Shown here: piece by piece, positions 1 through 13,329 of the stretch
Layout: every line of letters starts with the position of its first letter
Position numbering within the stretch: position 1 is the stretch's first letter
DNA from: Rhynchobatus australiae
Lineage: Eukaryota
Direction: 5' to 3'
Length of the DNA: 59,587 bases
Assembly: GCA_034780895.1 (NCBI GenBank)
Contig: JAUZTB010000070.1
Span: 13,283,612 to 13,343,198, forward strand
Notes under the pieces: model-generated
Databases searched by the model: none
Seen by the model: the letters and a program-made list of their open reading frames with translations, nothing else
Told to the model about the DNA's origin: nothing
Made by a program: the position numbers and the translations under genes

Positions 1-626
1 GGCACCACATGTTGCTGGGTTCCACATGGAGTCCAGCAGCGGAGCCTGGTCTTGCTGAGATTCCCAACAATTGCTGGTAAATTGTCTCTTCAATCCCAAT
101 GTGTAGGATAAAGGATATCAACCACTTAATGGGGATTCTCACCTATGGAAGGGGGAAGGTAAGTTCTTTTCAAATTTATTTTTAATGTTTTAAATGATTT
201 CTATGTGTTTGATTTTTATGTTTTTAACTTGTTCATTCTTAATCATCTTTAAATGTCTCTGAATGGCAGAAATGTTAAAATCTCAAAATGCTTCGGCTTT
301 GCAGGAAGTCAAAGTTCTGCTCCCAGTTTTATTCCGTGGTTTCAAGTTTTGTTCTTGCCATCCAAAATAATTAGGTTGTTCACTTCAAGCTTTTCTAGAT
401 CCCTTTTATTGTTGCTGAAGACCTGTGTTGTTTACTCCTTTAATCTCCTCTTCAATAAAAATTAATGTAGTCATTAGAACCATTCCTAAAGGACTCTGCA
501 TGGTTACAAATTCATTGTGTGGAATTNNNNNNNNNNNNNNNNNNNNNNNNNNNNNNNNNNNNNNNNNNNNNNNNNNNNNNNNNNNNNNNNNNNNNNNNNN
601 NNNNNNNNNNNNNNNNNNNNNNNNNN

Positions 627-910
627 AAAGTGCAAGGTCACAACGAGGTAGATTGCAAGGTCCATCTTATTGTACCAGGGAAACATCCAATAGTCTTATA
701 ACAGTGGGATAGAAGCTGTTATTGAGCCTGGTTGCATGTGCTTTCAGGCTTTTGTATCTTCTGACTGATGGGAGGAGGGAGAAGAGAGAACATCTGGGGT
801 GGGTGGGGTCTTTGATTATGTTGGCTGATTTATTGAGGCAGCGGGAAGTGTAGATAGAGTCCATAGAGGGGAGGCTGGTTTATGTGATGTGCTGAGCTGT
901 GTTCACAATC
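627..910 (-). mobile_element. Rex1/Babar-type non-LTR retrotransposon, 3' fragment
   Basis: Minus-strand ORF 667-864 reads IIKDPTHP..SLFSLLPSVRRYKSLKAHATRLNNSFYPTVIRLL, the typical Rex1/Babar C-terminus. It abuts an N gap. Confidence 0.75.
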
Positions 911-999
911 TCTTTTGGTCTCCACGCTGTCAAGGCATTCCCATTTTTTTCTACAATATTTTTTTCCTTCTCTGCAATTAAGACATTTTTTTCAGTTCT

Positions 1000-1145
1000 T
1001 ACTGAAAAAACATGATAAAACGGTCATGAACGTGAAACATTGATTCTGTTTCTCTCTCCGTGAAAGCTGTTTGATCTGCTGAAAATTGCCAGCATTTTAT
1101 GTTTTTGTTTCAGATTTCCAGCACCTAGATTTTTTTTTGCTTTTA
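1000..1145 (+). repeat. Penelope-like terminal repeat copy
   Basis: Contains GAAACATTGATTCTGTTTCTCTCTCC..CTGCTGA..CCAGCATTTT..TTTCAGATTTCCAGCA. The same motif recurs at ~11510, 17016, 24425, 26440 and 59100. Confidence 0.6.
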
Positions 1146-2589
1146 AGGCTTATATCTTACCTCTTTGTTGTCAATATCTATTATCACAGTTTGAAATCAT
1201 TGGCCAGTTATGTACTATGCTTTTAGTAATTGTTTCATTCATACCTTGTAACAATGCCTTAAAATGTGTAGAGTGGAGAATAATTGCAGACAATCTACTG
1301 CTTAACTCTACTGTCAGGATGTGTCATCCCAAAGCATGTTTTAGCTATACTCATGACATTAAATAGACTCATTCAAAATGACCACATTTGGGTTTATGAT
1401 TTGGGCACTTAAAAGTAAATGGGTGGCTGCTAACAATCAGCTTTTCAATTCTGTCACCACTTATCCTAAGATTGGTTCAACAACTCCCATTTTGATTATT
1501 GTCAAAAGAACACCGTTCCTGGATCTGTATATATCCAAATCTGAAAGAAATCAAAAGAAAAATTGACAATACAGTTGAAGTGCATCTGGGAATTACTTGG
1601 ATCCTTAAGAATTAAGTGAATAAGCACTCCAATGCGATAACTTCCTCTCCCATATTTCTTCCTTGACAGCTTATGATGGATGCACACTCATAGGCTCAGG
1701 GTCTGAAATCAGTGTAAATTAGAGTACCAGGCGTTAGCAGACTGTATCGTCATGAAGGATGTCACATGTTGTCTCTATTCAGTGGAAGATTGCTAACCCC
1801 CTGGATTATTTGGAAGTCTCCTAGAAGGAAGGCTCTTGGAAATGGAGACCAGCAAATGGGGAGAATTTGATCTGTGAAACATCAAACAAAACAGAGTGGA
1901 TTTGGGAGGATACACCTCTTAAATATTTTGTACCTATAAATGTTCTTGAGAGCTATGGAACTGCTAATTTACTTACTCGATTCCTAGAAATCATTTCTAG
2001 AGTTGGAACAGCCTGCATCCATAAATTTCAGTTGGGAAAGGCCAATTTTACTCAGCAGAGAGATAATTTACAGCTGGAAACAGCTACTTGAAGTTAACTC
2101 TTGTGTCAGAACTGTCAGGGGAATTCAAGGGATCAGAACGTATAGGTTCCCGAGAAGAAAAATGAAGGAGGGTGTGACTCCCAAACCTCTAGGTGTCAGC
2201 CTTCTAGGAAGGATAAGACAGCTTTCTGGGCAGTGGGAAGTCAGGAATTACGGGGAGTGGACAGGACACTGGAGTTGATGCCAAGATCGGATCAGCTATC
2301 ATATGAGGGAGCAGGCTGGAGGCCACTCTTGTTCCTATTTCTTAAGTTCTTTTTAATAAGGTTATGTCAGACTGAGAACACTGCAGAAAGCCTCAGAGAG
2401 TGTAGAAAGTGCAAGGGTGCAGCTAAAAAAGATAAATAGGATGGCAGCAAAAGGAAATGAAAAAAATAAAGGCAAGTAAAATCAAAGAAAATTGTTCTGA
2501 TCCTTTGAATGCCCCTGACACTGAATTACTTTCAGAAAGCTATTTCCAGCCTTTCTAAAGCATTTCTCTGCTTAGTAGATAGTTAATGG

Positions 2590-2815
2590 ATATTTTGGTG
2601 ACCACATGGTTATTGACATGGGGCTCCACAGGACTCAGTGATTTTCATGCTATATGTTAGTGACCTAAATTCAGATGCAAGCAGTATGATTAAGAAGTAT
2701 GCAGATGATACAAAAATTGGTCATATAGTTGACAATGGGGAAGAAAACAAGGGAAGTACACAAAGTTATTGATAGACTAATCAGATGCATAGAAAAATGG
2801 CAAATAGAATTCCGT
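2590..2815 (+). mobile_element. CR1 LINE reverse transcriptase fragment (degenerate)
   Basis: Encodes YVSDL..MIKKYADDTKIG..EKWQIEF-like RT motifs. Confidence 0.65.
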
Positions 2816-3128
2816 TCTTATTACGTTTTGTTTTGCAATGGCATCCCTTACAGATGAAGCATACACTGTGCATGCTGTGCCCAGTGTCCATTTATGTTAG
2901 AGGATCCTGATTTGCATGTTACTACTTAACTCAGATGGTTCCTATGTCATCCATTTGGGGTCCCTTCCAAATGTGCTGTTTGCCAGATTAGGAGCAGGAA
3001 TAGGGTTGGAAACTTCTACTATTTAGGAAGTACATGAACAGTGTGTCTATTTTATAACAATAAACTATTTAAAAATTTGTTTGGGATGAGATATTGCCAA
3101 GCTGAAGAAAGTCTGTTTTCTACTTCAG

Positions 3129-3362
3129 GTATGCACCTATAGGCATCCTCTTCCTGATCGCAGGCAAAATCATTGAGATGAAAGACCTTACTGTGATGGG
3201 CGGACAACTGGGAATGTACACTGTGACGGTTATAATTGGACTGCTCATCCATGCACTTGTTGTGCTGCCACTTCTTTATTTTATAGTTACGCGCAAGAAT
3301 CCCTGGGTTTTTATTGGTGGAATATTGCAGGCATTGATTACTGCCCTTGGTACTTCATCCAG
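3129..3362 (+). CDS. SLC1A8: EAAT1-like glutamate transporter, internal exon ([20 protein letters not shown]...LITALGTSS)
   Basis: Acceptor ttcAG at 3127-3128, donor GTAAGA at 3363. 234 nt, open frame, strong similarity to EAAT1. Confidence 0.93.
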
Positions 3363-3390
3363 GTAAGACTGGTTATCCTGATCACTGTGA

Positions 3391-3747
<357 letters not shown>

Positions 3748-4229
3748 TAGAGTATGAGAAAAGAATTCACCTGAAATCATTTGGTCAAAGTTGCACGTTC
3801 AAATTAGATTGGGCTTTAATTTGCTAACCTTTACATTTAACATTTCATTCATTTTTGTATACTATTCCTTGTACTGCTTGTGATTAAGAAAAAAATAAAC
3901 TAGCCATATTGTTCAGAATCAATATAGAGGAAGTTACTTATCTAATTGTATCATTTGGTAAGGAAGGAAGATGACCAATAGAAAGGAACTGACGAGGAAC
4001 TTCAGTGATGTTTGCACCAAGTAGGTGAATTAAGGAACACTAGATGTTTGTGTGAAGCTACCATAGACATGTTTTATCAAGCACATTTCAAGAGATTCTG
4101 AGCTTTATGCAAAAACAAAATGATTCTAAGTGTTATCGATCATTAATAGTGCTGCATATGTCTGTGGTCTCTGGGTTATCTTGCATTCTTTTTACCAGTT
4201 CTGTTGTAACTTCATCTCTTACCAGGAAC

Positions 4230-4550
4230 TCTGCTTTACCCTTGAACAGTGAACCAACCAGTCCTCATCTACCATTAGGTCTTTCTTGGATGACCCTTCT
4301 TACCTGAGGCAACATCTCTCAACTTCACTCCCTCTGCATAAACTACTTTGCCATGGGAAATTGCACGGGCTCAGCTATGGTGGCAGCTTATAGCTGTCTG
4401 CTCCAGACTGACTCAGGACTGCTCCCTCACTACTTCCCCTGTTGTATTGATAACTGTGTTGGTACTACTTCCGGTTCTTGCTTTTATTTCTACATATCAT
4501 TCACCTTTATGTTATCCAATGCTGACTTCCTACACTTAGACTGGCACTCA
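4230..4550 (+). mobile_element. Penelope-like element RT remnant
   Basis: Degenerate AMG..GS.Y and CIDNCVG (YIDDCIG-like) motifs. Confidence 0.5.
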
Positions 4551-4624
4551 CTCTGATGATCAGGTTTGAACTGATATTTATTGCAAGCTCACAGACTTTC
4601 ACAGTTAGCTCAATATTTTATTTT

Positions 4625-4835
4625 AGGGACGTGGATGTCATTGGCAAGGCGAGCATTTATTGCCTATCCCTAACTACCATTGCAAAGGTTCTTGAACTCC
4701 ACTGCAATCCTTCTGTTGAAGATACTCTCAGAATGCTGTTTGGTAGGGAATTTCAGGGCTTAGACCCAGCAACGATAAAAGTTCTGCAATATTTACTTCC
4801 AAATCAGGATAATGTGTGATTTGGAGGGAACCTGT
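4625..4835 (-). mobile_element. 3' end of a CR1/L2-clade LINE family (many copies in the window)
   Basis: GGCAAGGCGAGCATTTATTGCCTATCCCTAA..GGGAATTTCAGG motif, shared with copies at ~21560, 33965 and 39120 and in sense orientation at ~13350 and 14250. Confidence 0.6.
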
Positions 4836-4849
4836 GGGCAACCAAGTAG

Positions 4850-6300
4850 TAGGCTGGTCCAGAGGATTAAGTCACATGGGCTCCTAGTGAGTTGGTAAAT
4901 TGGATACCAAATTGGCTTGGTCAAAGGAAACAGATACTAGTGGGGGAGGAGTGTTTGTCTGACTGGAGGTCTGTGACCAGTGGTGTTCGGCAACGATCAG
5001 TGCAGGGACCTATGTTGTTTGTAACAAATATAAATGACTTGGGTGAAAATGTAGGTGGTCAGATTGGTAAGTTTACAGATGACAGAGAAATTGGTGGAGT
5101 TGTAGATAGTGAGGAAGGTTGTCAAACGATACAGCAGGATATAGGTCAGTTGGGAATTTGGGACGAGAAATGGCAGATGGAGTTTAATCTGAACAAGTGT
5201 AAGGTGATGCATTTTGGGAGGTCAAATGTAAGAAAAAAGATACAGTAAATTAGCCTGCTATTACTCATGGGGAAGTTGCTGAACTACTATTATGGAAGTG
5301 CTAGGATTAGGCAGAGTCAACCTGGATTTATAAGAGGGAAATTGTCTTTGACAAATCTATTGGCATTTTTTGTGGTTGTAATTAGCAGGGTGGATAAGGG
5401 CAAACTTGTCAGGGTATAGAAAGCCTTCAATTACACTAGAGATTATTAAACAAAGTTAGAATACACAGTGTTAGGAGTAATATACTGCTATGGATTGAGA
5501 TATAAAACAGGGAGTAGAATTAAGTGGGTCATTTTTTGGATTGGGAGGCTGTGACCAGTGGGTGCTGCAGGAATCAGTACTAGAGCCCCAGCTCTACACA
5601 ATGCATATCAATAATTTGGACAGTGGGATCAATGTGATATATCGTAGTTCACTGGTGATCCAAAGCTATGTGGGCTATGAGAAGGACGAAGAGAGGCTGT
5701 GAGGATATAAGCAGGCTAGGGGAATCGGCAAGGACATGGCAGCTTGGTATCTGAATGGTGATAGATTCGGAAAAGGGGAGATGCAACAAGACCTGGATGT
5801 CTTTGCACAACAGTTACTGAAAACAAGTGTTCAGATGCAGAAAGCTATTAGGAAAGCAAAAAATATGTTGGCCTTCATTACAAGTGTATTTTAGTACAGG
5901 AGCAAGGATGTCTTGCACAGCTGTACAGGGCCTCCTTATCTGAGGAAGGATATTCTTGCCAAGAAGTAAGAGCAAGAAGACTGATTCCTGGGATGTCAGG
6001 ACTGGCGTATGAGAAGAGATTGGATTGATTCAGCCAATATTCACTGGATACAGAAGACCTGTGCACCAGAGCCAGAAACCTTTAAACTTCTAGCAGGACT
6101 AGACAGGCTAGATGCCGGGAGGTTCTCGATGGCTGGAAAGTCAAGAACCACAGATCACAGCCTGAACATATGGGATAAGCCGTTTAGAACCCAAGATTAG
6201 GAGAAATTAATTCATCCAGAAAGAGGTGAGTGTGTGGTGTTCTCTACAACAGATGGCAATGGAGACCAATTCATTAAACATATTCCAAAAGGAAGTAGGT
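4850..6300 (+). mobile_element. Two adjacent 5'-truncated CR1 LINE fragments
   Basis: ORF 4892-5248 (WIPNWL..WRSVTSGV..SVQGPMLF..INDL..KFTDD..KWQMEFN..CKVMHFG) is CR1 RT. A second decayed RT-to-3' segment runs from ~5260 to 6300. Confidence 0.85.
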
Positions 6301-6301
6301 G

Positions 6302-7400
6302 CATTACTTATCAGCCCCTGGTTGAATGTTGTTTAGCTGCATGCAGGCATGGACTGCTTCACTTTCTGAGATGTGGAAATAGAGTTGAATGTTATACACT
6401 CATCAGCAAACATTATGATGGAAGGAAGCTAACAGATGAAGTAGCTGAAAATGGTTGGACTTAGGGCACTCCCCTCAGGAAATCTTGCAGCTCTGAGCTG
6501 GGGCTGGAATGATAGACCTCCCAACAAATGCAACCATCTTCCTATGCATGAGATAGGATTCCAACCATTGGAATGTTTTCCCTGTGATGGCCATCAACTT
6601 CCATTTTACCAGGGCTCCTTGATGTCAAAGGCAGTCACTCTCACCTCTGAAATTTAGCTCTTTGGTACATGTTTGGACCAAGGCTGTGATGAGTCCTAAT
6701 GGCCCTCATGAAACATGAACTGAGCATTGTGGCTTTGCTGATTATTAAGAGAACACAGAGGTAAGTAGTCTGATTGGATTTGTCGCTGTTTGTGGTCAGG
6801 ATATACCTGGGCAATTTTCCAATTTATCAGGTTGGTGCCTTCATCATAACTGTATTGGAACAGGTTGGCTGGAGGCATGGCTACTTCTGGAGCACTGCTC
6901 TTCAGGACCACAGCCAAGATCTTCTCGGTTCCGAGTACCTTTGCCGTATCCAATGCTCTCAGTCATTTCTTAATATTATGGAGTGGAACAAATTGACTGA
7001 AGACTTGCTTCTATGATGGTGGGAATCTTAGAAGGAATTTGACATGGGCCATTCATTCAGCATTTCTCACTGAATAGGATTGCAAAAACTTCAGCCTCAT
7101 CTTTAGCACTCATATGTTAGGCTCTGACCTCATTGAGGATGGAGGTGGTTTTGGAGCTTCCAACTCTGATCCCCTGATTAATTCTCAACAACTACTCACA
7201 GCCAGATATGGCAGGACTGCAGCATTTTGATCTAATCTGTTGGTCATGAAATCAAATAGCATTGTTTATTGCACGCTATTTTTGCTATTTAACACTCAGG
7301 AGGTCCACTGTTGCAGCTTTACCAGGTTGCACCTCATTGTTAAATATCCCTGGTACTGTTCCCAGCATGCTTTTCTGCACTCATTAAATTTAAGGTTAAA
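6302..7400 (-). mobile_element. Degenerate CR1/L2-clade LINE ORF2 fragment
   Basis: Minus-strand ORF 6696-6953 (DTAKVLG..AVVLKSSAPEVAMP.ANLFQYSY..WKIAQVYP) matches the region N-terminal to RT. Same family as 54492-56620. Confidence 0.7.
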
Positions 7401-7942
7401 ATTAAGAAAGGTGCTGAAACCACCAGAGAGCAGAAACAGTGCGAGCAATTAGCTTTGGTGGTCAATGCCAGGAATCATGGTGGTCAATGCCAGGAATCAT
7501 TACTTATCAGCCCCTGGTTGAATGTTGTTTAGCTGCATGCAGGCATGGACTGCTTCATTTTCTGAGACGTGGAAATAGAGTTGCCACTAAGCTCAGACTT
7601 TGCTCAGCAAGTTTACCACTAAGCTCAGACTTTGATCAATGCATCACGTCACCGTGAGGCACCTCCCACTGATCTCTGTCAGTTAGGACTCGTACCTAAC
7701 ATTTGAGTACTTCACCTCACCCTCACACACTTAGTACAACTGCAAGCCTCATATCTGCAACTCACAACTTGCACACATTGGCAGCTATTCAGAAATGGCA
7801 GTGCAACAGTGGACCCCCTGAGTGTTAAATAGCAAAAACAGTGTGCAATAAACAATGCTATTTGATTGTTGCTGCAGTCCTGCCATATCAATCAAACAGG
7901 TCATACGACAATTATTAAGACCCTTTTCCTTCTTCCTTGCAG

Positions 7943-8150
7943 GGAAGATTGCTGCACAACCACAGGTAGCAAGGGATATCTATGGGTCACTCCGTCTGTG
8001 CCTTAATCCCATTGAGGAGATAACGTCAGTCATTATTGAAATATCAATTCCTGTGGCCATAGAGAGCATTGCACAGGCAGCATCAACCCAATCTCCAAAT
8101 GATGAAATGGAAGTTCAGATTGCTGTCATGTGTCTTCAAACTGCTGCAAT
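7943..8150 (+). pseudogene. Decayed Myb/SANT-like (Harbinger partner gene) exon
   Basis: Polypyrimidine plus ttgcAG acceptor, then a frameshifted KIA-HNHR and LRLCLNPIEEITSVII. This resembles the K.AHN.RE..TGGG..L.P.EE segment of Harbinger Myb/SANT proteins. Confidence 0.45.
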
Positions 8151-8779
8151 ATGAATGCAGAGCAGGACAGCAATAAATCCTTCCACGGATTACTTGTAGT
8201 TGCTGAGGTACAGCCCCAGGAGAATGGATGTGGCTATATGCCATTGATTCTCAGATGGATAACATTCAAGTTCTTATTCTTGTCACTCCCCATTGGCTTT
8301 GCTGTTGCCTCTTTGCCCTCCAACCCAGATGACCGCTACCTATGCTGAGGTGCGGAGCATAAAGTGGGCTTCTAGACCTAGAAACATTCAAGATTATCCT
8401 CTAAGGCTGTTTATAATCACTTCCATCAGCCATTCTCCAGCCACTGCATTCTTGCATAGGAACACTAGGGTAGGCAAAGGGACCTGGAAGGGATGCACAA
8501 GGGGAATTTGTTTATATCTATACACAGTGTGGCAGAATTTCTTTATTAAATTTATTAATTTTATCCTGTTGGATTATATTTTTTGTGCTGATGTCATGCA
8601 GGTACTCCCAAGGGTCAGTCAGAGAGAAGGTGAGACATGGCACTATTGGTATTGGTATTGAATGGTGACAGATAGTGTTATTGCAGTCCAGTTAGTCATT
8701 CAGAACCCAGGCAGTAAACAGTTGTTTACATTGCCTTTTCCTCTTCTTCCTCTTCCTCATACTTTCTGTCTTCATTTGT

Positions 8780-9520
8780 TCACCATATAGCTTCTGAGAA
8801 GGGTTGCCCTCTCATAAGGACACATGTTCAGGTAAGTTCTCCAGAGCTCCCCATTCAGTGGAAGTGTTGGTCCAACACACCCATGGCCTGTTCCATCACA
8901 TTTTGTGGAGTAGCATGGCTTACATTTTTGTATGCTGGGCACATGTAGCCATCATCAGCTATCACCACACCCTAGAGCCGCCCTTTGGTCCGTGGTGAGT
9001 CAGTGGACTGCCACAGAATGAAGGTGTTGTGTATTTTGCCAGGACACCACACGTTGACCTGCATTATTCACTGCCTTTGGTGGCATAGCAACTGGACATT
9101 CTGATTCTAAGAAAGTGCAGAGAAGATTTGAGGTGCCAACAAGAGTTGTGACTGTGGTTGATGTACCTTATACTGTGGGAAGTCTGCAATCCTAGCAAAG
9201 TCACATGCTCTCTTTGCCTGCTGCTCTCTGGCACAGAGAATAAAATGCTGATCTCTCTCTTTTCTAATTAAAAAGCCTCATGCAACAGTGAATGTCAAAT
9301 TGCAACCTGTTGCAATTATCTCCGGCTGAACAATGAAAAAGTCAGACGTAGAAAAGGTCACTGTTACAGTCACTGGCAATGTGGCCCTTAACCTTCTCTG
9401 AGGTTGAAACTGTGGCTGCCACAGGTGGTGTATCTGAGGGACAATGTCCTCATTGAAGTACAGAAGTATCGCATGTTGTTCCTTGCAGAGGTTCGGAAGA
9501 AAGTTATTTCTCGAACAGCC
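8780..9520 (-). mobile_element. Fossil PIF/Harbinger (HARBI1-like DDE) transposase
   Basis: Manual minus-strand translation gives these motifs in HARBI1 order, with stops and frameshifts: LLYFNEDIVPQIHHLWQPQFQPQRRLRATLPVTVTVT; AGDNCN..FDIHCCMR; REQQAKRACDFARIADFP; NVQLLCHQRQ*IMQVNVWCPGKIHNTFILWQS; HATPQNVMEQAMGVLDQHF. Confidence 0.8.
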
Positions 9521-10084
9521 TAGGCAGTTAAGGCCTCCTGCTGGGAGCTCTTCCCCTCCACCTGCTCCTCATCACTTTTACAGCCATGTTCTTGTTCCTA
9601 GATACACTGCATTACAAGAGGAAAAGTCTACCATTACTCCCTGTCTGGCAGCAATGTCAGAGCCCCAAAAAGTGTCAAAATTCTTTCAGCTACCCCACTG
9701 CCTGTAGCCTTCTGACATCAAACAACAGTAGGCAGCACCAAAAGCTCATAGCATCAACCAGCAACTAACCTTTAAGTAGTTGATGATCCTTCCAAATAGT
9801 CATGGTCAGGGTTCTTCTTGCTGGCTAATGTATATTCAGCCATGCAAATTTAAGAGGGTCCATTAACTGGAGATTAAGCTTCAACATGGTGGTATTGGCT
9901 TCAAACTACACTCTGTTTGACATCATCCTTGTTAGGCTGGTCTGTGCACTTCTTGCAGACGTTAGCTGTGTGTTCACTGACACTTTCCCCAAAATAGCAT
10001 CTTACTCCAACCTACCCCAGTTTTGCACTTTTCTGTTCTTTTATTTATATTTTTATTTGACATGGAATTTATGGATCTTTCAAC

Positions 10085-10450
10085 ATCCACTGTGCCAATC
10101 CCACTCAGAACTTTTACATGTTTCAATAAGATCACCTCTCATTCTTCTAAACTCCAATGAATATAGACCTAACGTGCTCTTACCTTCTTCTTACATCAAC
10201 CCATTCTTCCCGGGAATCAGCTTAGAGACCTCTCTCTGCACTGCTTCCAATGCAAGTATATCTTTCCTTTCACATTGAGACCGAAACTGTGTGCAGTAAT
10301 CCACATGTAGTCTCACCAGCACCCTGTAAAATTGCATCAAATCTTTCCATGTTTATATTCCATACCCTTGGTCACCATTCCATTGGCTTTGGGGTACCTG
10401 TATGCCAGCCCTTGTGATTCATGCACTAGGACCTCCGTTCCCTTTGAACC
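10085..10450 (-). mobile_element. CR1 LINE 3' fragment
   Basis: TCAATAAGATCACCTCTCATTCTTCTAAACTCCAATGA is the reverse complement of the CR1 C-terminal region. Confidence 0.7.
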
Positions 10451-12191
10451 ACGATATGTTCTTTGCCTTGTAAAGCTAGTGCCAGCACCAGCTGGTGTTT
10501 CAACATGATTTGTGATGCCACACTCATTTCTTCATTGATTCTTTTAAGGGTGACGGGGCTGCCTCATTCTACAGGTACTTCCCCTGTATTGCTTAGCTCC
10601 TTTCTAATTATTCTGTGGGGCTTCGAAACAGGCAAGGCACATGTAACAATCTGAAAAAGGAGTAAATGATATGAAAGTTCCACTGTCAATCACTAGGATC
10701 TCAGTCCTGAGGATAGAAACTGTTGTGGAATGTCAAAGATGTGAAGCTGGATGATCTGCAGTATTGTTGGTGAGCTGGTTGTGTTCTACAGCTTTTTATC
10801 ATCCTTTACCTTTACTAAGTTTCATGTGTTTGTATCTGTATGACTGCATCAGTGGAATAAAGTTATACAACGTACAATTTATTGTGCAAGGCATGACATA
10901 TGGACAAGTTTCCAACTTCACCATTACCATCCCTTCTCTTCTTTTCACCACTAATTTCCAAGATGGCTTGTTGAAAGATATGAAGAACTTATACAGCAGT
11001 CTTATGGCTGAGGGAATATTCACACAGCTTTCCTTTCAGTAGATCATGTAATATTTCTTATTCCTTTGATCTCATATTAAGCAAAATTTTTCAATGGTTA
11101 ACTCTCCAGCAATGAAAAAATAAGTTCTAAGGTAATTTGACTTTGTACAAACTGCCTAATTGCTTCTCTCTTTATTATTAAGCACATAAAATGAGTATAT
11201 CTGCTAAAAACTAATAAAGCATTCCCAAAGTTGATTATTTTTGTAGAATGTCCAATNNNNNNNNNNNNNNNNNNNNNNNNNNNNNNNNNNNNNNNNNNNN
11301 NNNNNNNNNNNNNNNNNNNNNNNNNNNNNNNNNNNNNNNNNNNNNNNNNNNNNNNNTTATTTTTGTAGAATGTCCAATTTTCCTCAGTATTGAGTGCTTT
11401 GACACTCTGCTTCAGTAATGATTCTTACAGTTGATGTCTTCTGTTAGTGCTATCATAGGGAGTGATGTGAGCAATCTCATCAACTATAATATCTGTCTCA
11501 GATGAGCCAATTCTAATAAACAGTCATCAACCTAAACCATTAGCTCTGTTTCTCCTTCTACAGATGCTGTCAGACTTCTGCTGAGTATTTTCATTATTTT
11601 TATAATTTTATTTTGGTTTCCACTATCTGCAATAGTCTGTTTTTGTATGATGCTTCTGCTTCAACTAAGTGTCTGAATCTTTAAGAACAACACCACTATG
11701 ACTTTCCAGTGCTGTCACCTCTGTTGAACTTATAAATACACAGGCCATATAATTTACCCAATTCCCAAGACACAGTCCGTGTCAGCAATGACAGGTAGCC
11801 AGAAGTAGCACTGTGCTGTTGTTCTAGCCTCAGACTAGGAACCCTTAAATACAAATACAGGAGTTACAACAATCTTTAATACTCCCAGACTTCTTTTACC
11901 CTCGATGGATGGTGGAAAATGGATCTGACTCTCTCAGAACGGTGAAGATGGTGGGCTGCTTGAAATTTTCAGGACTGAAGGATAACAACATTTGTCAGAT
12001 GGGGGTACCAAAGGAAATGGAACAAAAGGAGTTGAGGTTCAGCTCATCCATGATTTAACTGAATGACAGAATTTGCTGAGGGCACAGAATGATCTGCTGC
12101 ACTTCCTCTGGTAAAAGTTGTAATTTCAATTATGTGAAGTGTGAATGTTTGTTCTAATTGAATAAGTTGACAGCTGCTGCTTTCTTTTTAA

Positions 12192-12410
<219 letters not shown>

Positions 12411-13329
12411 TAGTGAAGGGCTATTCTTTACTAAATAAACAACTCTAGAATTTCCCAATACTGGTGAAGGTTTTGTTAAATTAACTGAATAGTTTTATCT
12501 GGGTCAGCTGGAACAATATAAAATAGAGTACAACATTTGGGATGGACAGCTTAATTCTAGATACCCCATTAAAGAAAAGGAATATTTCAATGATGGCCAT
12601 ATGGTATTTGCTATGATTGTTCTCAGAGAATATTCTCATAACACTTCCCTATTTTGCTAATCAAAGTTTTGTCACCGATAGATTTATAGAGTAGATTTTC
12701 TGGCACTAGAGTTTGAATATCAGAACAATGTGCTGCAAACCTACTGCTCATTTCAAAGTACAAATGAGCAACAGTAATCTTTCAGGGTTAATCTAATTAG
12801 ATGTGGAGCGTAAGCTTCCAGTCTGGGTTAAAACTCCCACTGCCAAAGGGCATGTTGTATTTCTTTATAAAGGCTGAAGCTGCAACTTTAAGGAACCAAA
12901 TTGCTTTATGAGCAGCAACAAAACAGATCCAGGAGTTCAAGTAGCACCTGTAAAAGAACATTATGCTAACAACAATTGCAGGGGCTCTTATTCACAGAGT
13001 GTTGCAGAAGAGGGTTTTTCTACCTTCTAAAGGATACTTCCCCTGCAGGAAAGCCATTAGGTCTGCACAGCATATGGTGATGGATAGGGTTGAGAACTAT
13101 TCAGAAGATGTTCGAGCAACGATGTTTGGCAATCTGCCCTTGTAAAGATATTCCCCCTTCCCCTGCCCCAACATTTCCCAAGAAAATACATCCCAGAGAG
13201 TTTCCGTTTAATATATTATACTTCACTAACATCACATTCACATCCAATCTCATCTGTGTTTTTAGTGATAGATGCCTTTTTCTACTGAGACTGTGATATA
13301 TCGAGTTACCAATGTAGCACAAAGGAGGG

